From Lama glama (taxonomy: Eukaryota), in the NCBI GenBank assembly GCA_028534125.1, contig CM052816.1, positions 51,586,001-51,650,000 of the forward strand: a stretch of DNA of 64,000 nucleotides. The letters run 5' to 3'. The position numbers and the translations under genes were made by a program. The notes under the pieces are model-generated. The model saw nothing but the letters and a program-made list of their open reading frames with translations. It searched no databases and was not told the DNA's origin. Of the stretch, positions 38,927-51,485 are shown piece by piece (within the stretch, counting starts at the first letter, position 1; every line of letters begins with the position of its first letter).

Positions 38927-40605
38927 CTAAGGAATAAAATTATAGCCACTAGGTTTTTAAAAGTCATGCAAGTTACAGAATTTTACATGTTTAAACTTTT
39001 TCCATTTTGTCAACATACACTTGTGAATGTTCTTATTTATTCAGCTAGTATCTATCCAGTGTGCCAGGACTGTGTCAGGAATACAAAATGCATTGCTTAA
39101 GTACAAGCTTAATATAGCAACAGTATGGAGAAAGAGCTACATAATAAAAAGACAACCAGAATAGGAATTTCAGTGAAGTATAAGAGTTGCTTTAGTTAGG
39201 GAAACTACAGGGTTCTATAGAAGTATGTGGCAGAAAGAATGCAAAACCTCATAATTCACAGGCCAGTGGGTAGTCTACTCAGAAGGCCCTTGCTACAGTA
39301 GTGGAGAATAATTATTCTTAGACTGTAGGCTACTCCAGTCCCACCTATGATATCTTAAAAGCAAGAACCAACAGGATCAAACTGTGTCCAAGTAACTTAA
39401 CTGAGTTTTGTCCTGGAATACAGTTTTTATAGGAATATAAAAATATCCAGCACCCAACAAAGTAAAATTTATAATGTCTGCTTTCAATCAAATATGACGA
39501 GGCAATGCAAAGAAGTGGGAAAATCTCAATCAAAACTAATCTAGAACTAATACAGATATTAGAATTGCCAGGCAAGGACATTAAAACAGTTGTTATAATT
39601 TTCAATATCTTTAAAAATTTAGAAGACTAAGCTTGAATATGTTAAGTAAATATATGGGATATGTTAAAAAAAAACAAAATTATAAAAGGTGATAAATACA
39701 TTGGATGGAATTAATGGCAGATTAGTAATCTTTGCTTCTGCAATGTCTAAACTTGAAGACATAGCAATAGAAATTATCCAAAATGAAACAGAAAAAAACT
39801 GAAAAAAAGAAAGGCAGAGCAACAATGAGTTGTATATCAACCTCAAGTGGTCTACTATACCTGGAACTGGAGTCACCAAAGGAGAGGAGAGAGATGGAAA
39901 GATAGAAAAAATACTTACAGAAATCACTGATAAAAGTTTTCTAAATTTAATGAAAACTATAAACTTAGAGATTTCAAGAGTGTCAAAGAACCCCAAGTGT
40001 GCACACACACACACATATACAATGTACAATGACAATACAAAGGCTGGGAGGAGAGAAATGGAAGTATACTGTTACAAGGCTTTTCATGCTCTACATGAAG
40101 TGGTGACGTATTCTTGAAGGTAGTCTATTACAAGTATGTATACTTTGTAAATATGTATATTATAAAGTCTAGAAAAACTACTAAAATAAGAAAATAGTTA
40201 TAGGTAATAATTCACCAAAAGAGATAAAAATGAATTATTTTTAAAATTCAATTAATCCCAAAGATGGCAGAAAAGAGGAAAAGGGGAGTAAAGAATAGAT
40301 ATGACAAACAGAAAACAGATGGCATGATGGTAAATTTAAACTTAATCATATCAATATTTAATCATTTCTCTAAACATCCCATTTTAAAAGCAGAGATTGC
40401 CAGATTGGATGAAAAGACAAGCTCCAACTATATGCTGTCTACAAGAAACCCACATTAAATATAAAGAAATAAATACATTAAAAATAAGAATGGAGAATAC
40501 TAATCAAAACAAAGTTAGAGTGGCTATGTTAATGTCAGAAAAATATTTCAGAGCAAAGAAATGTAACCAGGAATCTGAAGGTCATGTCATATGCAAGGGG
40601 TCAAA

Positions 40606-40616
40606 GACGTATTGTG

Positions 40617-40650
<34 letters not shown>

Positions 40651-41127
40651 TGACACATTAGTCATTGTAAAATCTACCACTTACAGCTGTGTAGGTAAAA
40701 CAAGAGGACATGATGCTAAGTGAAATAAACCAGACGCAGGAAGAAAAAAAACCTGCATAATATCATTTACATGTGGATTCTTAGTCATATACATAAGATC
40801 GAAGAGTAGAACAGTGGTTACTATGGGTGAGAAAGTGGGAGAAATGGAAAGATGTTGGTCAAACGGTACAAAATTACAGTTATGTAGGATAAATAAGTCT
40901 AGAGATCTAAGGTACAGCATGACAACCATAGTTAATAATACCATACTGAGTACTAGAAATTTACCAAGAGTAGATTTTAGGTGCTCTCATTATACACACA
41001 CAAAGGTGACTGTGTGAGATGATATGTTAATTAGCTTGACTGTAGTAATCATTTCACTATGTATAGGTCTATCAAATCATTTTGTATACCTTAAATATGT
41101 ACTATTTTTGTTTTAAAAAATTTTAAA
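40606..41127 (+). mobile_element. Nested L1MA-like 3' end
   Basis: ggacatgatgctaagtgaaataaaccagac...ttagcttgactgtagtaatcatttcact...ccttaaatat; host ORF2 resumes after it. Confidence 0.8.
40619..40648. repeat. (AC)n microsatellite
   Basis: Perfect AC run seen directly. Confidence 0.98.
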
Positions 41128-41696
41128 TAGCAAAGTGGTAAACTAATCAAGAGGATACAGTAATCTTAAACATTTATCCACCTATTAACAGAGCTTCAAA
41201 ACTCTTTTTACTCAGGAAGTAAAAATAACAGAACTATAAAAAGAAAGAGAAATCCACAGTTGTAGTTGGAGATACTTCTCTAACAATGATTGATAGAGGA
41301 AAGTAGATAGAAAATCAGTAAGGATATAGAACATGGGAACAACACCGTTAACTGACTTGGCCTAATGGACATTTATAGAACACTCCACCCATAACAGCAG
41401 AATGTACATTCTTTTCAAATGCATAGTAAATACTTACTAAAGTAAGCAGTATTCTTGAGCATAAAACTTAAATCTTAATAAATTTAAAAGAATTCTAATC
41501 ATACAAACTATAATCTCTGGCCAAATGAATTAGTTTAGAAACCAGTAACAGGTAAATATTTGGAAAATTCCACAATACTTGGAAGTTTTTAACTATATGA
41601 AAAGAAAAATGACATAAAAATTTGTAGATTGCCACTAACACAATACTTAAAGGGAAATGTACATCAGTAAACTACCTGTATTAGAAAGGAAGAAAG

Positions 41697-41752
41697 TTGA
41701 CACAACATTGTAAAATGATTATAAATCAAAAAATGTTTTTAAAAGGAAAAAA
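41697..41752 (+). mobile_element. 56-bp extreme 5'-truncated young L1 tail with 14-bp TSD
   Basis: ttgacacaacattgtaaaatgattataaatcaa is the reverse complement of the 3' end of the L1 at 35724; TSD agaaaggaagaaag at 41683-41696 and 41753-41766. Confidence 0.9.
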
Positions 41753-42849
41753 AGAAAGGAAGAAAGGTCTCAGATTAGTTGACCTTGGCATCATCCTCAA
41801 GTGATTAGGGAAAAAAGGGGCAAATAAAACCAAAATCAGAAAGAAAGTAGTAAAGGATAAAGATCAGAGTGGAAATTAATGAATAAAAAACAAAAATACA
41901 GAAAACCAGTGAAACCAAAAGTTAATTCCTTGAGATGATCAATGAAATTGATAAATCTATAACTGATCCTAAAATCAGTATCAGGGATGAGGGAGATGGC
42001 ATTATTACAGATACTATATATATTAAAATGATGATAACTTTGTACCAAGAAATTCTGCGACTTAGATGAAATGGACAAGTTCCTTGAAAGACACAAATTA
42101 CCAAAGCCCACTCAAGAAGAAATTGATGATCTGAACAATTGTTAAAGAAACTGAATTTGTTTGTAAAGATATTTTCACAAAACAAAATCTATACCCAAAA
42201 GATTTATTTTGAAATCTGTCAAACATTTTCAGGAAGAAATACCAATTCTACATGAACTCTTCCAGAAAATTAAAGAGTGAATACTTCCCAACTCATTCGA
42301 TGAGGCCAGCATTATCCTGCCACCACAATGAGACAAAGACATTCTAAGAAAGAAAACTAAGGACCAGTGTCCCACGTGAATATAGATGCAAAAATTCTTA
42401 ACAAAAGTTAAGCAGACAGAATCCAACAATGTATAAAAAGAATGTAAACTGTGAGCAAGTGAAGTTTGTCCCAGGAATATGAAGGTTGGTTTAGCATCTG
42501 AAAATCAGTCAAGGCAATGTGTCATCTTAGTAAATACAGAAAAAACATTTGACAAAATCCAGCATTCATTTTTTACAACTCACAGCAAAGTGGGAATAAG
42601 AAGGAACTTCCTCAATTTGATAAATCCTATCACTAACACTATTTTATAGTAAAATACTGAATGTTTTCCCCCTACTGTCAGGAATGAAGCAAGGATATCC
42701 ATCTACTTTTACTGCTTCAGTTCAACATTATACTGGAGGTTCTAGCCAGTGCACTCAGGAAAGAAAAAAGGGGGTAAAATTGTTTTATTTGCAGATGGCA
42801 TGATCATCTGTGTAGAAAACCTGAGGTAGGGAGAGAGTGGTGATATAAC

Positions 42850-44400
42850 ACAAAGCTCCAAAGGTAAATACAGCCTGGGCCATAAATGCTTTTTAAATCT
42901 ATATCAAGGAATGCCAGAGTTTCGTAAGGGCAGTGTATAACTATTAAACTTTTTTTTGCATTAATAAGATTTGCAATTAGTATATTTTGGTTGCATTGTA
43001 GAATATATATTGAAGAGGGCCTTAAAACTCAAGACAGAGACTTCAGGTAAAAGTCTATAGAAATAATATAGATGAAAGATGATAATTGACTAGAGTGCAG
43101 TAGGGAAAGAGGGATGTGAACAGGCTTGATACCTACTAAAAGATGAAATTGACAGGATCTTTACTGAATGTGGAAGATGGGGCATAATATGGAATACAGG
43201 ACAACTCACCTGTTTCAGACTTGAAACACTGGATAGGTAGTTGGTACTTTTCACTGAGATAGGTAACATGGGAGAAGGAATAGGTGAAGGAGAGGTGTGG
43301 GAGGATGGGATGAATTTTAAACATGTGTAGCTTGGGATACTTTTGAGATAGCCAAGTGATGATGTACTGGAGCCAGTTTATACAGGTGTCTGGATAAGGA
43401 GAAAAGTTTGTTTGGGAGATAAAAGACTGCAAGATACCAGATGGTAACTGAAACCATGGGAATGGAAGAGATAATCTAGGGAGAAGATGTAATGTGAGTA
43501 GAGAGGTGGGCTTGGGAGAGAACCAGCTTATAAAGGAAGAGGAATGTAAAAATGAAATTAGGAAGGATGAATCAAAGAGGTAAGGAAAAACCTTAAGAAT
43601 GTGTTACGGAAAGAGATGTTTTCAGAAAGGAGAGGTTCATAGTGTCAGATGCTTCTGAGAGGTCAGTACTGGCTAATATTTATTTGGAGGTTACTGTATA
43701 CTAAGATCTTGTAAACAGTTTTGCATGTTTTATTAATTTTCATAATAACCCTTTGAGGTAGGTATTAATACATTCCAATTTTCCAGATGAGATGAATGAG
43801 GTACAGAGAGGTTAAATGACTTGCCCAAGAAAATGCATAAATGACAGAATTAAGATTTGAAATCATATAATCTGACTATATAATTAGTGCTTTTTGGCCA
43901 GCAAGATAAGTGATAAAAGTGACAGATGGATTTCACAGTAAGGGTTTCACTGGTAACTTTAGTCAGTTTTTGTGGATCAAATGGGAACAAAAACCTGGTT
44001 AGAGTGGATTGAGGAATAAATGAGAAAAGGGAAATGTACACATTTCTTTCATGAAACTTGGGTGTGAAAAGGAAGAGTGGGCGCATAGGCGAGTACTAGT
44101 TGAGATTTAGGAAGGGCATTTATAAGATAAGGAAACCTTAAATAAGTTTAAATACAGAGGAGAGCAAGCAAGTAAAGAGAGAGAGAGGGGTTGGAGAGAC
44201 ATAAGAGATGGAAGGAAGGGGCACAGAGGAAGAGAGAGAATAAAAAGAGAGTTTCTGAACTATAATGACAAAGCAATAGGGAATAGGATCCATAGCAAGT
44301 ATAAGTAAACTGAGGGATCCAAAGAGGAGAAAGACCTCTTTTATTGTCACACTGGGGAAGGAGGAAAGCATGGATGTGGATGAATATAAACTTCTAGGTT
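42850..44400. mobile_element. L2 remnants with an embedded MIR (about 43680-43890)
   Basis: Purine-rich degraded L2-like sequence (gatgaaattgacagga..., gtgtcagatgcttctgagaggtcag); MIR core ccaattttccagatgagatgaatgaggtacagagaggttaaatgacttgcccaag. Confidence 0.65.
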
Positions 44401-44802
44401 TCCTGCTATTCCAACTTCTTCAATCTCAATTTCTCTCTCTTTCATAGATTTGAAACAGGGATGAAAATTCTGTGTGTCAGCAAGTTACTACTCATTTAAC
44501 TTGGACTTCTGTTGGCTAAAGGGGAGAGGGAAGAGCATCCTTCTACTTTGCTATTGAAATACAGGTTTCTAAGACACAGACTGAGCTGGGGAAGTCTTTC
44601 TGGTATCGTTCCAGCATGGAGGATTTTCTACCACTTTTGAAGAATCATATTCGCAATTATCACAGGAAATGAACATACTCCTTGGTGTTGTGCTGGGCTA
44701 AATCTTACTGTTAGAAAAGGTCGAGTATAGTCTGTAAAATATTCAGCTATAGGTGACGGTGATCATGATATACAGTATTTCTTTATAAGCAACTATCTAG
44801 AC

Positions 44803-44970
44803 TAGGGGGTCAGCAAACTACAGTACTCTGCCTGTTTTTTAAAATATTGAAGCATAGCCACATCCATGCTTGATGTATGTCTACCATACAAGGGTTAAAT
44901 GGTTGCAGCAGAGACTACGAGCCTTAAATATTTACTACTTGGCCCTTTTCAGAAAGTCTGCTGACCTCTT
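44803..44970. mobile_element. MER58-like hAT-Charlie MITE
   Basis: Terminal inverted repeats ggggtcagcaaact / agtctgctgacctc; 8-bp flanks atctagac / gtctagaa match the Charlie NTCTAGAN target preference. Confidence 0.8.
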
Positions 44971-45119
44971 GTCTAGAATAATAAAGCAGTAAGAACTTGG
45001 AAAGTTTTTTGAGAAAAATTATGACCCTAAAAATGTGAAGGGAATTAGGATATATTGCTAAATGAAAATATCACTTTACAAACCTTTACAAATTATACCT
45101 TAATCTCATTTTTAGTTTA

Positions 45120-45252
45120 AAAATTTATACAAAAATGGTAATAGTAGTTGTGAATGGTGAGATTACACTTGATTTTTTACTTTCTTACTGGTTCTCATGT
45201 GTTTTCTGATTTTCCTACAATGAGCATGTGTTACTGTGTTATTAATAAAATC
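45120..45252 (+). mobile_element. Ancient L1ME-like 3' end
   Basis: atggtaatagtagttg...ggtgagattacacttgattttttactttc...ttttcctacaatgagcatgtgttactgtg. Confidence 0.6.
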
Positions 45253-46924
45253 AAACAGCCAGTAGAATAGAACGAGAACACAGAAGCCACAGTGAATTAG
45301 AGCGTGAAAAATAGAGAATTTGTCAGGGTAAGGCCCGGATGATGCATAAAGAAAGTGCTTTTGTGGGTTACAAAAAAGTTGAAGAAGTTTTTTGGTGATG
45401 CCACTAAAACAATTTTAGGTCCTTCAGTTCCGCGTATTTAATGAGCATCTGATATGAGTACTACTCAAGAATGTAGTTTCCCACAAAAAAGAAAATAGAG
45501 ATATATACGTTATAAATTACATTTAGGTCTTGTCCCTCATTTCCAAATATTCGGATTTTTAAGTTTGGTTTATGGAGATGTTCTTAATTTTTGTGACTCA
45601 TAGGTAATAATTAGTGATTTATATTTAATTTGAAAAATTAAATTCAGTCATTTAGCTATGCATAAAACCTCTACTTTAATATATTATAGAAGTTGAGGGC
45701 TTTGTTTTGTAAGAAGTCACAATTGTGCTTTAAAAAAAAAAAGATGAACAGCTTTTACTTGGACAAAAAAATAAGTCAGAAATTACCAAAAGCAATTTTT
45801 CAGTGAAGTACTGTTATTAACCAGATGAGACCTGAGGTAGTTTTATTGTGTATTCTGCTCAACATCTGCACTGTGGCACTACCCAGATGCTCACTATAAA
45901 GTTCAATGGATCTTGACAAACATTAAGTTGACTTCAATGGCTATACTGTTAGGAGTCATTGAAATAAAAGAGAAACCGATTTTTACGAAATCTCATCTCA
46001 AGTCACATATTTTTAAAATTACCACTATTAATTATTTTAGTATCTCTGTAATGACCAAATCAGTTACTGAGAGCAATCTCAAGAGTGAAGCTTAGGCTAC
46101 AAACTACAACTTGCGGATAAACTGTCACGCAAAACAAACAGAAAATCAAAGCAAAATATAACCAAAAAAAAAATCTTGTTCTCTTTGTCTTTTAAATATG
46201 AGTCAGATAGGCTAATGATCCATTAACTATAATTAAATTATAACTTGGAGGAGGAATTTTTATGTAACTTTGTTAAAAAAAAAAAAAAGAATAGAGAATG
46301 ACCCTCAAAACAAGAATATATGTGGATGTAGGTAGCATTTTTATGTACAATGTAAAATTTGAGCCTGTGTGTCAATTAAGTGTGAATAATTATATAAAAT
46401 TCTATATTTATAATTAAACACACATATAGACATATATGTATGTGTGTTTATGTGTATAAATTACATCCATCTATCCAACTGACCATAATAACAATGAATA
46501 ATGGAGTGATTTTGAATGAGAAATATCAGTAATAATTATATCTAAAAGAAATCTCCTGTTAGTGAAATAATTATGTTACGAAATTATCTTTAAAGGAAGT
46601 AATAGCAGTCCCATTGTTTGTTATTTAACAGTGCACTGAGTCCACACAGTTGTGGGGAGCAAACTTCATTGACTATAGATGTGTAATAGATCTTATCCAT
46701 ATCTGACACTTACTGTTCAAGTTGATTTTAACCATAATGTAGACCAGAATCTGTTTTCATTACTATGCAAGCACTCTTTTTTTTTTTTAAATTAATGTGC
46801 TTCTCATTTATTCAGGAAGTCTCTAATGGCATTTGGGGAGGGGAAACTTATTAGCTTCCTTCCTGTGTAATGCAATTTTTATTTCTTGGTGAAATTGTGG
46901 TCTCAGCCAAAAACCAACACTGGA

Positions 46925-47010
46925 CGGAAGGAAGGAATAAGGAAAGGAAAATGGGAGGGAGGAATGAAGGCAGGAAGGAATAGAAATACAAAAGAAGGAA
47001 AAAAAGAAAA
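46925..47010. repeat. GA-rich low-complexity (GGAA-like) tract
   Basis: ggaaggaaggaataaggaaaggaaaatgggagggaggaatgaaggcaggaaggaa. Confidence 0.8.
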
Positions 47011-48067
47011 AGTTAACTATACAAACATATAGTTCACTTGTATAAAAATAAGAAATTGTAAAATGTTCTGCCAAAATAGCAAGATTCTGTCACTGTCTCA
47101 TTTCTATTCCCTGCTGCCTTGATGACCTCATTTTATTTATATATAAATAAATGAAGCAATATGTATATTTTTGGTGATATTGTTACTAAATTTCTAAGTA
47201 ATTGAAAGATAAAGAAGAGTTGTTCTGGTTATCTTTTTTTTAATTTTATATGACTACTGGAAAATAGCTGTCCATCTCATATAGCTCTCTCCATTTACTT
47301 CAGTAGTGATATGTACTGATTTTATGAGTAAAGAAAATATCCTGCCCAAATCTGGAATTTGGCTAGTAGAATAGTGAATGGGAAGGTTCAGGGGGCAGTG
47401 CGTCAAAGTCTTGTTGAGGAAAGAGTAAGTTTAGGCAGTTGAAAATACATATTTGATATAACTATTTTCATACTAAAAGCTACAGAAGGTAAAATTTAAC
47501 AAAAAATCTTAGCTGATAGGGATATACAAAAGGTAGAGTGAAAAGGTCTGTTAGAGAAAAGGATTTTAAAAGGCTGGCAAACTCTGCTCTGGGGTATTAA
47601 AGTGACACCTTCTAAATCATTCTTAGACTTTTGAATGGTAACTGTTTAAGTAGTCTTTCTAAACTATTATCATGCTCCAAGTGTTAGGTTGCATTCCACT
47701 CTCCATTTGTCAAAGATCAAGTATCTAGTTCGTTTTCACCACTTTGCTTTCAAGTTTTGTTCTACAGGAAGGAAGGAAAAAGTAAAACCAATATTTTGGA
47801 GGGCTTTTCCCCCATCCCTTCTAAAATAATTTTCCTGAAAGATTCTCATATTTTTAAAATTAATCTCTCAGCTTTTGTGACATGTAAATCTGCAAGTTGT
47901 CTTAGAGAAAATAGAACAAAAAAGGTAGTTACATAGACTAGGGCCATGAGTAAAGGAATATGTATTACGTGCACGTTTCATCATGGTGCTGTCTGACCTT
48001 GTAATGCATTTGTGAGCAAAGTAAACTCAGTCTGGCTCTTAATCGAATCACTGAGAGTTTGACTCAC

Positions 48068-48230
48068 CCAAGGCCATGGTGGAGCTGGATGGCGATAAGG
48101 CTGGATCCAAGAATCAGCAACACTGCGGTCTCATTATTACCATCATTTCTTGAACTCCTACTGTGCTCGTAGTCCTTGTCCTGGCAGTTTGTATACTCCG
48201 TCAGAGGCCGTGACCTATTTTTAGTGTTGC
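48068..48230 (-). other. Candidate 163-nt exon of a minus-strand transcript
   Basis: Acceptor ttatcttttcacttgaaaag|GC and donor TGG|gtgagt; local GC/CpG enrichment; one frame open across the whole segment; CCACCATGG near its 3' end. Confidence 0.45.
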
Positions 48231-50512
48231 CTTTTCAAGTGAAAAGATAATATCGCATGCTGTGTTTTATACATTGCTGTGAAAAATGGATGAGGAAAAA
48301 TTTATAAATTCTGAGTCTACTTTGCATTTTCATGCTGTTTATAATTACTAAAAGTCTATCACCATTCAAATCATAACTAAAAAAATTAAACTCTCCCGAA
48401 CTGTATTTTGTTCTATCACCTCCTTCCCCTCAGGCCTTTATGTTATTTTCTGTAAATCTTGTTTTACTTGTTTCGACTGTGTAAATCTCTGGTTTCTTAT
48501 ATAGTTTCTGGTTATAATTAAATATGTGGTTTATTCTGCATCTTAAATATGGATATTTATTTTAAATACATACTGTATGAAACCAACTCAGTCATGTGAG
48601 TGTGATTAGGGCTAAGCATACTTTATGGACTGTTGTTTGCTTATGTTTGCTCAATACAAGAATCTAACCCAGATATTCACCATTTGAGGACATACCCAGC
48701 TAATGTTGTTATCTTCATGCTATAAAACAAAATAAATCTATAAACAACTTTTTCTTAATCCCAGATGAATATAACTGGAAAAGGAAGGTGAGATCGATCA
48801 CAAATACTTATAGTAGGTGGCTAGGTGGAAAATTGTACCTTTTCATATTCAGTTGATTATTTTCTTAAAATAGCCTGCTCCAAGTTCTTTGAAATTTCCT
48901 GAAACTTATAACTATAATATAAAGCATAATTATTTTAGAAATGTTTAATAGTTATCAACATTTTAAAAGAATAGTCTTATAGGTATTTTTAAAAGTACAT
49001 ATGACATAAAAAAGGACAATGACATAAAAATATACATAAATTCTAATTATTCTAAATTTGATGAAGTATACATTTTTAAATTCTAGAAAACTTAATTTTA
49101 AAGCATTTTCAGTACTGAAATATAATTACTAAATTCTTTGACAGTTGACCATCAAACACTTCAAGTAAGATTTAAGTTGAGAGCTTTAACAGAATTTCCT
49201 CCAGTAAATTCCTTTATGAAAAAGGACAGTTTTAATAAATAGTAGAATGTAAGTAGAAAATTGTCCTTAGAGAGTCATTTGTTGTTCAGCCATTGCCACT
49301 GAGAAAGACTGATCCTAGACTTCCAGAATTTTATAGGTTGACTGTGTAAAAACTAGCATTTGCATTTCTAAAAGTTTTAAAATTATGGGTAGAATAAAAC
49401 TCCAAAAACAGATACCTAAAATGCTTTACTTGAAATACAATTAGAAAACCTTGTGCTTACGCATGTGTTAAATATCTCCTGACTATAGAATCATCAAATT
49501 TATTGTTATGAAGTAGATACATATGCTGAAGGAAAATAAGATCGTTTTTCTAATTCCTGACACCGAATGTATTTTATAATGTAATGATAATACAGAACAG
49601 AAAAATCTTAGAGGCTAGTTAATTTACAGTAAAAAGAAATTGATTCCTAGTTAATTATAATAATAACAGCATGAGCTTTTTTTTTCTACGATTACTATAT
49701 TTACAGTAAAATAGCAAGCCTGTGTTTTGGGAGCTCCGAACTAGCTTAATAAGTTCTTATCCATGATTCCATGACCTTAACATTATGACTTCTTACGGTA
49801 CTTTAAAAAACCATAATGCCATATTAACAGACAGTCAATAAATAAATGTTCAGTAAAGTCACTGTCATAATAAGAACTTTTTAATTGAAATAACTTCTCT
49901 ACAAATCATTTACTTATTCATTCAATAGGTACTATCAAACCCCATATATATGGAGGATATTGACGTAGGCACTGTTCTTTCCAAGAGGCTTAATTACAGT
50001 TTTAGCTTGAAACAGATGTGTGTACAAAACAGTAACAAGATGTAGGAAGTAGTAGAAATAGGCCTGGAAACCAAGTTCAGATTCAGAGCATGGAGGACCA
50101 ATGAGGGGTTGATGATGAAGAGAGAGAAAGACAAAGACAGGCCAAATGCTATTTTATTTCAGTGGTACAGTTAAGAGTATGGTAATGACTGAACTAGGGC
50201 TTCAATACTATAGATGAAAAGGAGAAAGGTGATTTTGAAAATTTTGGAAATTTAGAATCTTTAAGCTTTGAAGCCATGTTAGTAGTTCAACAGTTAGAAG
50301 TTTACTTCTAGGCAGAAGGAATGTACATTAGATCCACAGTTAAAACAGTTTCTAAGAATTGTAAACCTGATACCGTGCTATCTGAACAAGTATCTCTTGA
50401 TAGGCTTCATTTCTTTTCCTGGTCAAGATTTGCCCCTTACTAAAAGCCCAAAGTATGAGTGATGATTATTCCAGTAAATTCTAGGAGAATTCTTTGTGAG
50501 TGATTTTTGAGA

Positions 50513-50550
<38 letters not shown>

Positions 50551-50552
50551 AT
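50513..50552. repeat. Compound (TA)n(TG)n microsatellite
   Basis: Seen directly. Confidence 0.97.
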
Positions 50553-50644
50553 AGACTCTATAGAATATATTGCTACATTTAAAATTTTCTGTTTACAAGA
50601 TTGACATGGTGTTAAAAGGCAAATTTCTTTTGAAAAGTCATTTT

Positions 50645-50766
50645 CTTTATGGGGCTAGGTAATTAGTCTTACTTATTTATTTTTTAGAGGAGGTCCTAGA
50701 GATTGAACCCAGAACCTCGTGCATGCTAAGCATGTGCTCTGCCACTGAGCTATACCCTCCCCTCCT
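50645..50766 (-). mobile_element. Short tRNA-derived SINE (camelid-type)
   Basis: Minus strand ggggagggtatagctcagtggcagagc (A box)...ggttcaatc (B box), A-rich tail; TSD tgaaaagtcatttt (50631-50644) / tgaaagtcatttt (50767-50779). Confidence 0.88.
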
Positions 50767-51269
50767 TGAAAGTCATTTTTGATAAAAATAGCTGATCAAT
50801 AAATCTGCTAATTTTTCTATTCTTCAGTAGCCTGACCAACAGTTACTATAGATTCATAATATTTTACTAAAATCAATAGAGAAGAGAAATGGAAATGGCA
50901 CCTGTTCTAAGAAAATTAAGGCTAGTTTTATCTTTGGATATATATGAAGAATTCTGCTAATAAAGAATTCTATCCCTTACACTTCAAAGACCTGTTATTA
51001 TAAATATAACTTAAGCCTAAAAAGGATTACAGCTCTTGAAAGTTAAGGTTCAAAACACTGAGAAAGTATTCATACATCTTGTGGTAGCAGAATAAGGTAT
51101 CTTCTTCTTTGTCCAGTTAGTGCTTACATAAAGAAAAACAAAGACATTTTCAAATTTCACCTAAAAGCTGACCTCTATATTGGTATAATAACTCAAACTG
51201 TATAACAGGGGTTAAAGACTTGATTGGGTTGAGGTATAAAATACTCAGTCTGAAAAGCATCATTATACA

Positions 51270-51485
51270 GAGTAGTTTAGTGATAAAGAACACAAGCTTT
51301 GAAATCAGAACTGAATTTAAAGTTGTGATTTTTGGTACATAGTAACACACGATTTGAACAAGCTTTGTAAGTGGAAAAGATAATGCCGTTCATAGCTACT
51401 ATAATGATTAAATGAGATCATATTAAGCACTTAATACAAGGCCTAACACCCAGTAGGTTCTCAGTAAATGGTAGCCATCATGCTT
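51270..51485 (+). mobile_element. MIR
   Basis: gctttgaaatcagaactgaattt...gattaaatgagatca...aagcacttaataca...cagtaggttctcagtaaatggtagc. Confidence 0.7.

Larger units (their letters stand above)
39230..42825 (+). mobile_element. Old L1 (L1MC/M4-like) with 5' region, ORF1 remnant and ORF2 5' half; two nested L1 inserts
   Basis: ORF fragments GVTKGEER...EKILTEITDKSFLNLMK (ORF1) and WMKRQAPTICCLQETH (endonuclease). Confidence 0.85.

Noticed and set aside
44430..44575. Strong plus-strand acceptor ttctctctctttcatag
   Set aside because: Stops in all three frames soon after and no good donor.
45833..45841. let-7-like seed tgaggtagt
   Set aside because: The rest of the mature sequence does not match and no hairpin is evident.
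50680..50766. tRNA-like A and B boxes
   Set aside because: Part of a SINE with tail and TSD, not a tRNA gene.
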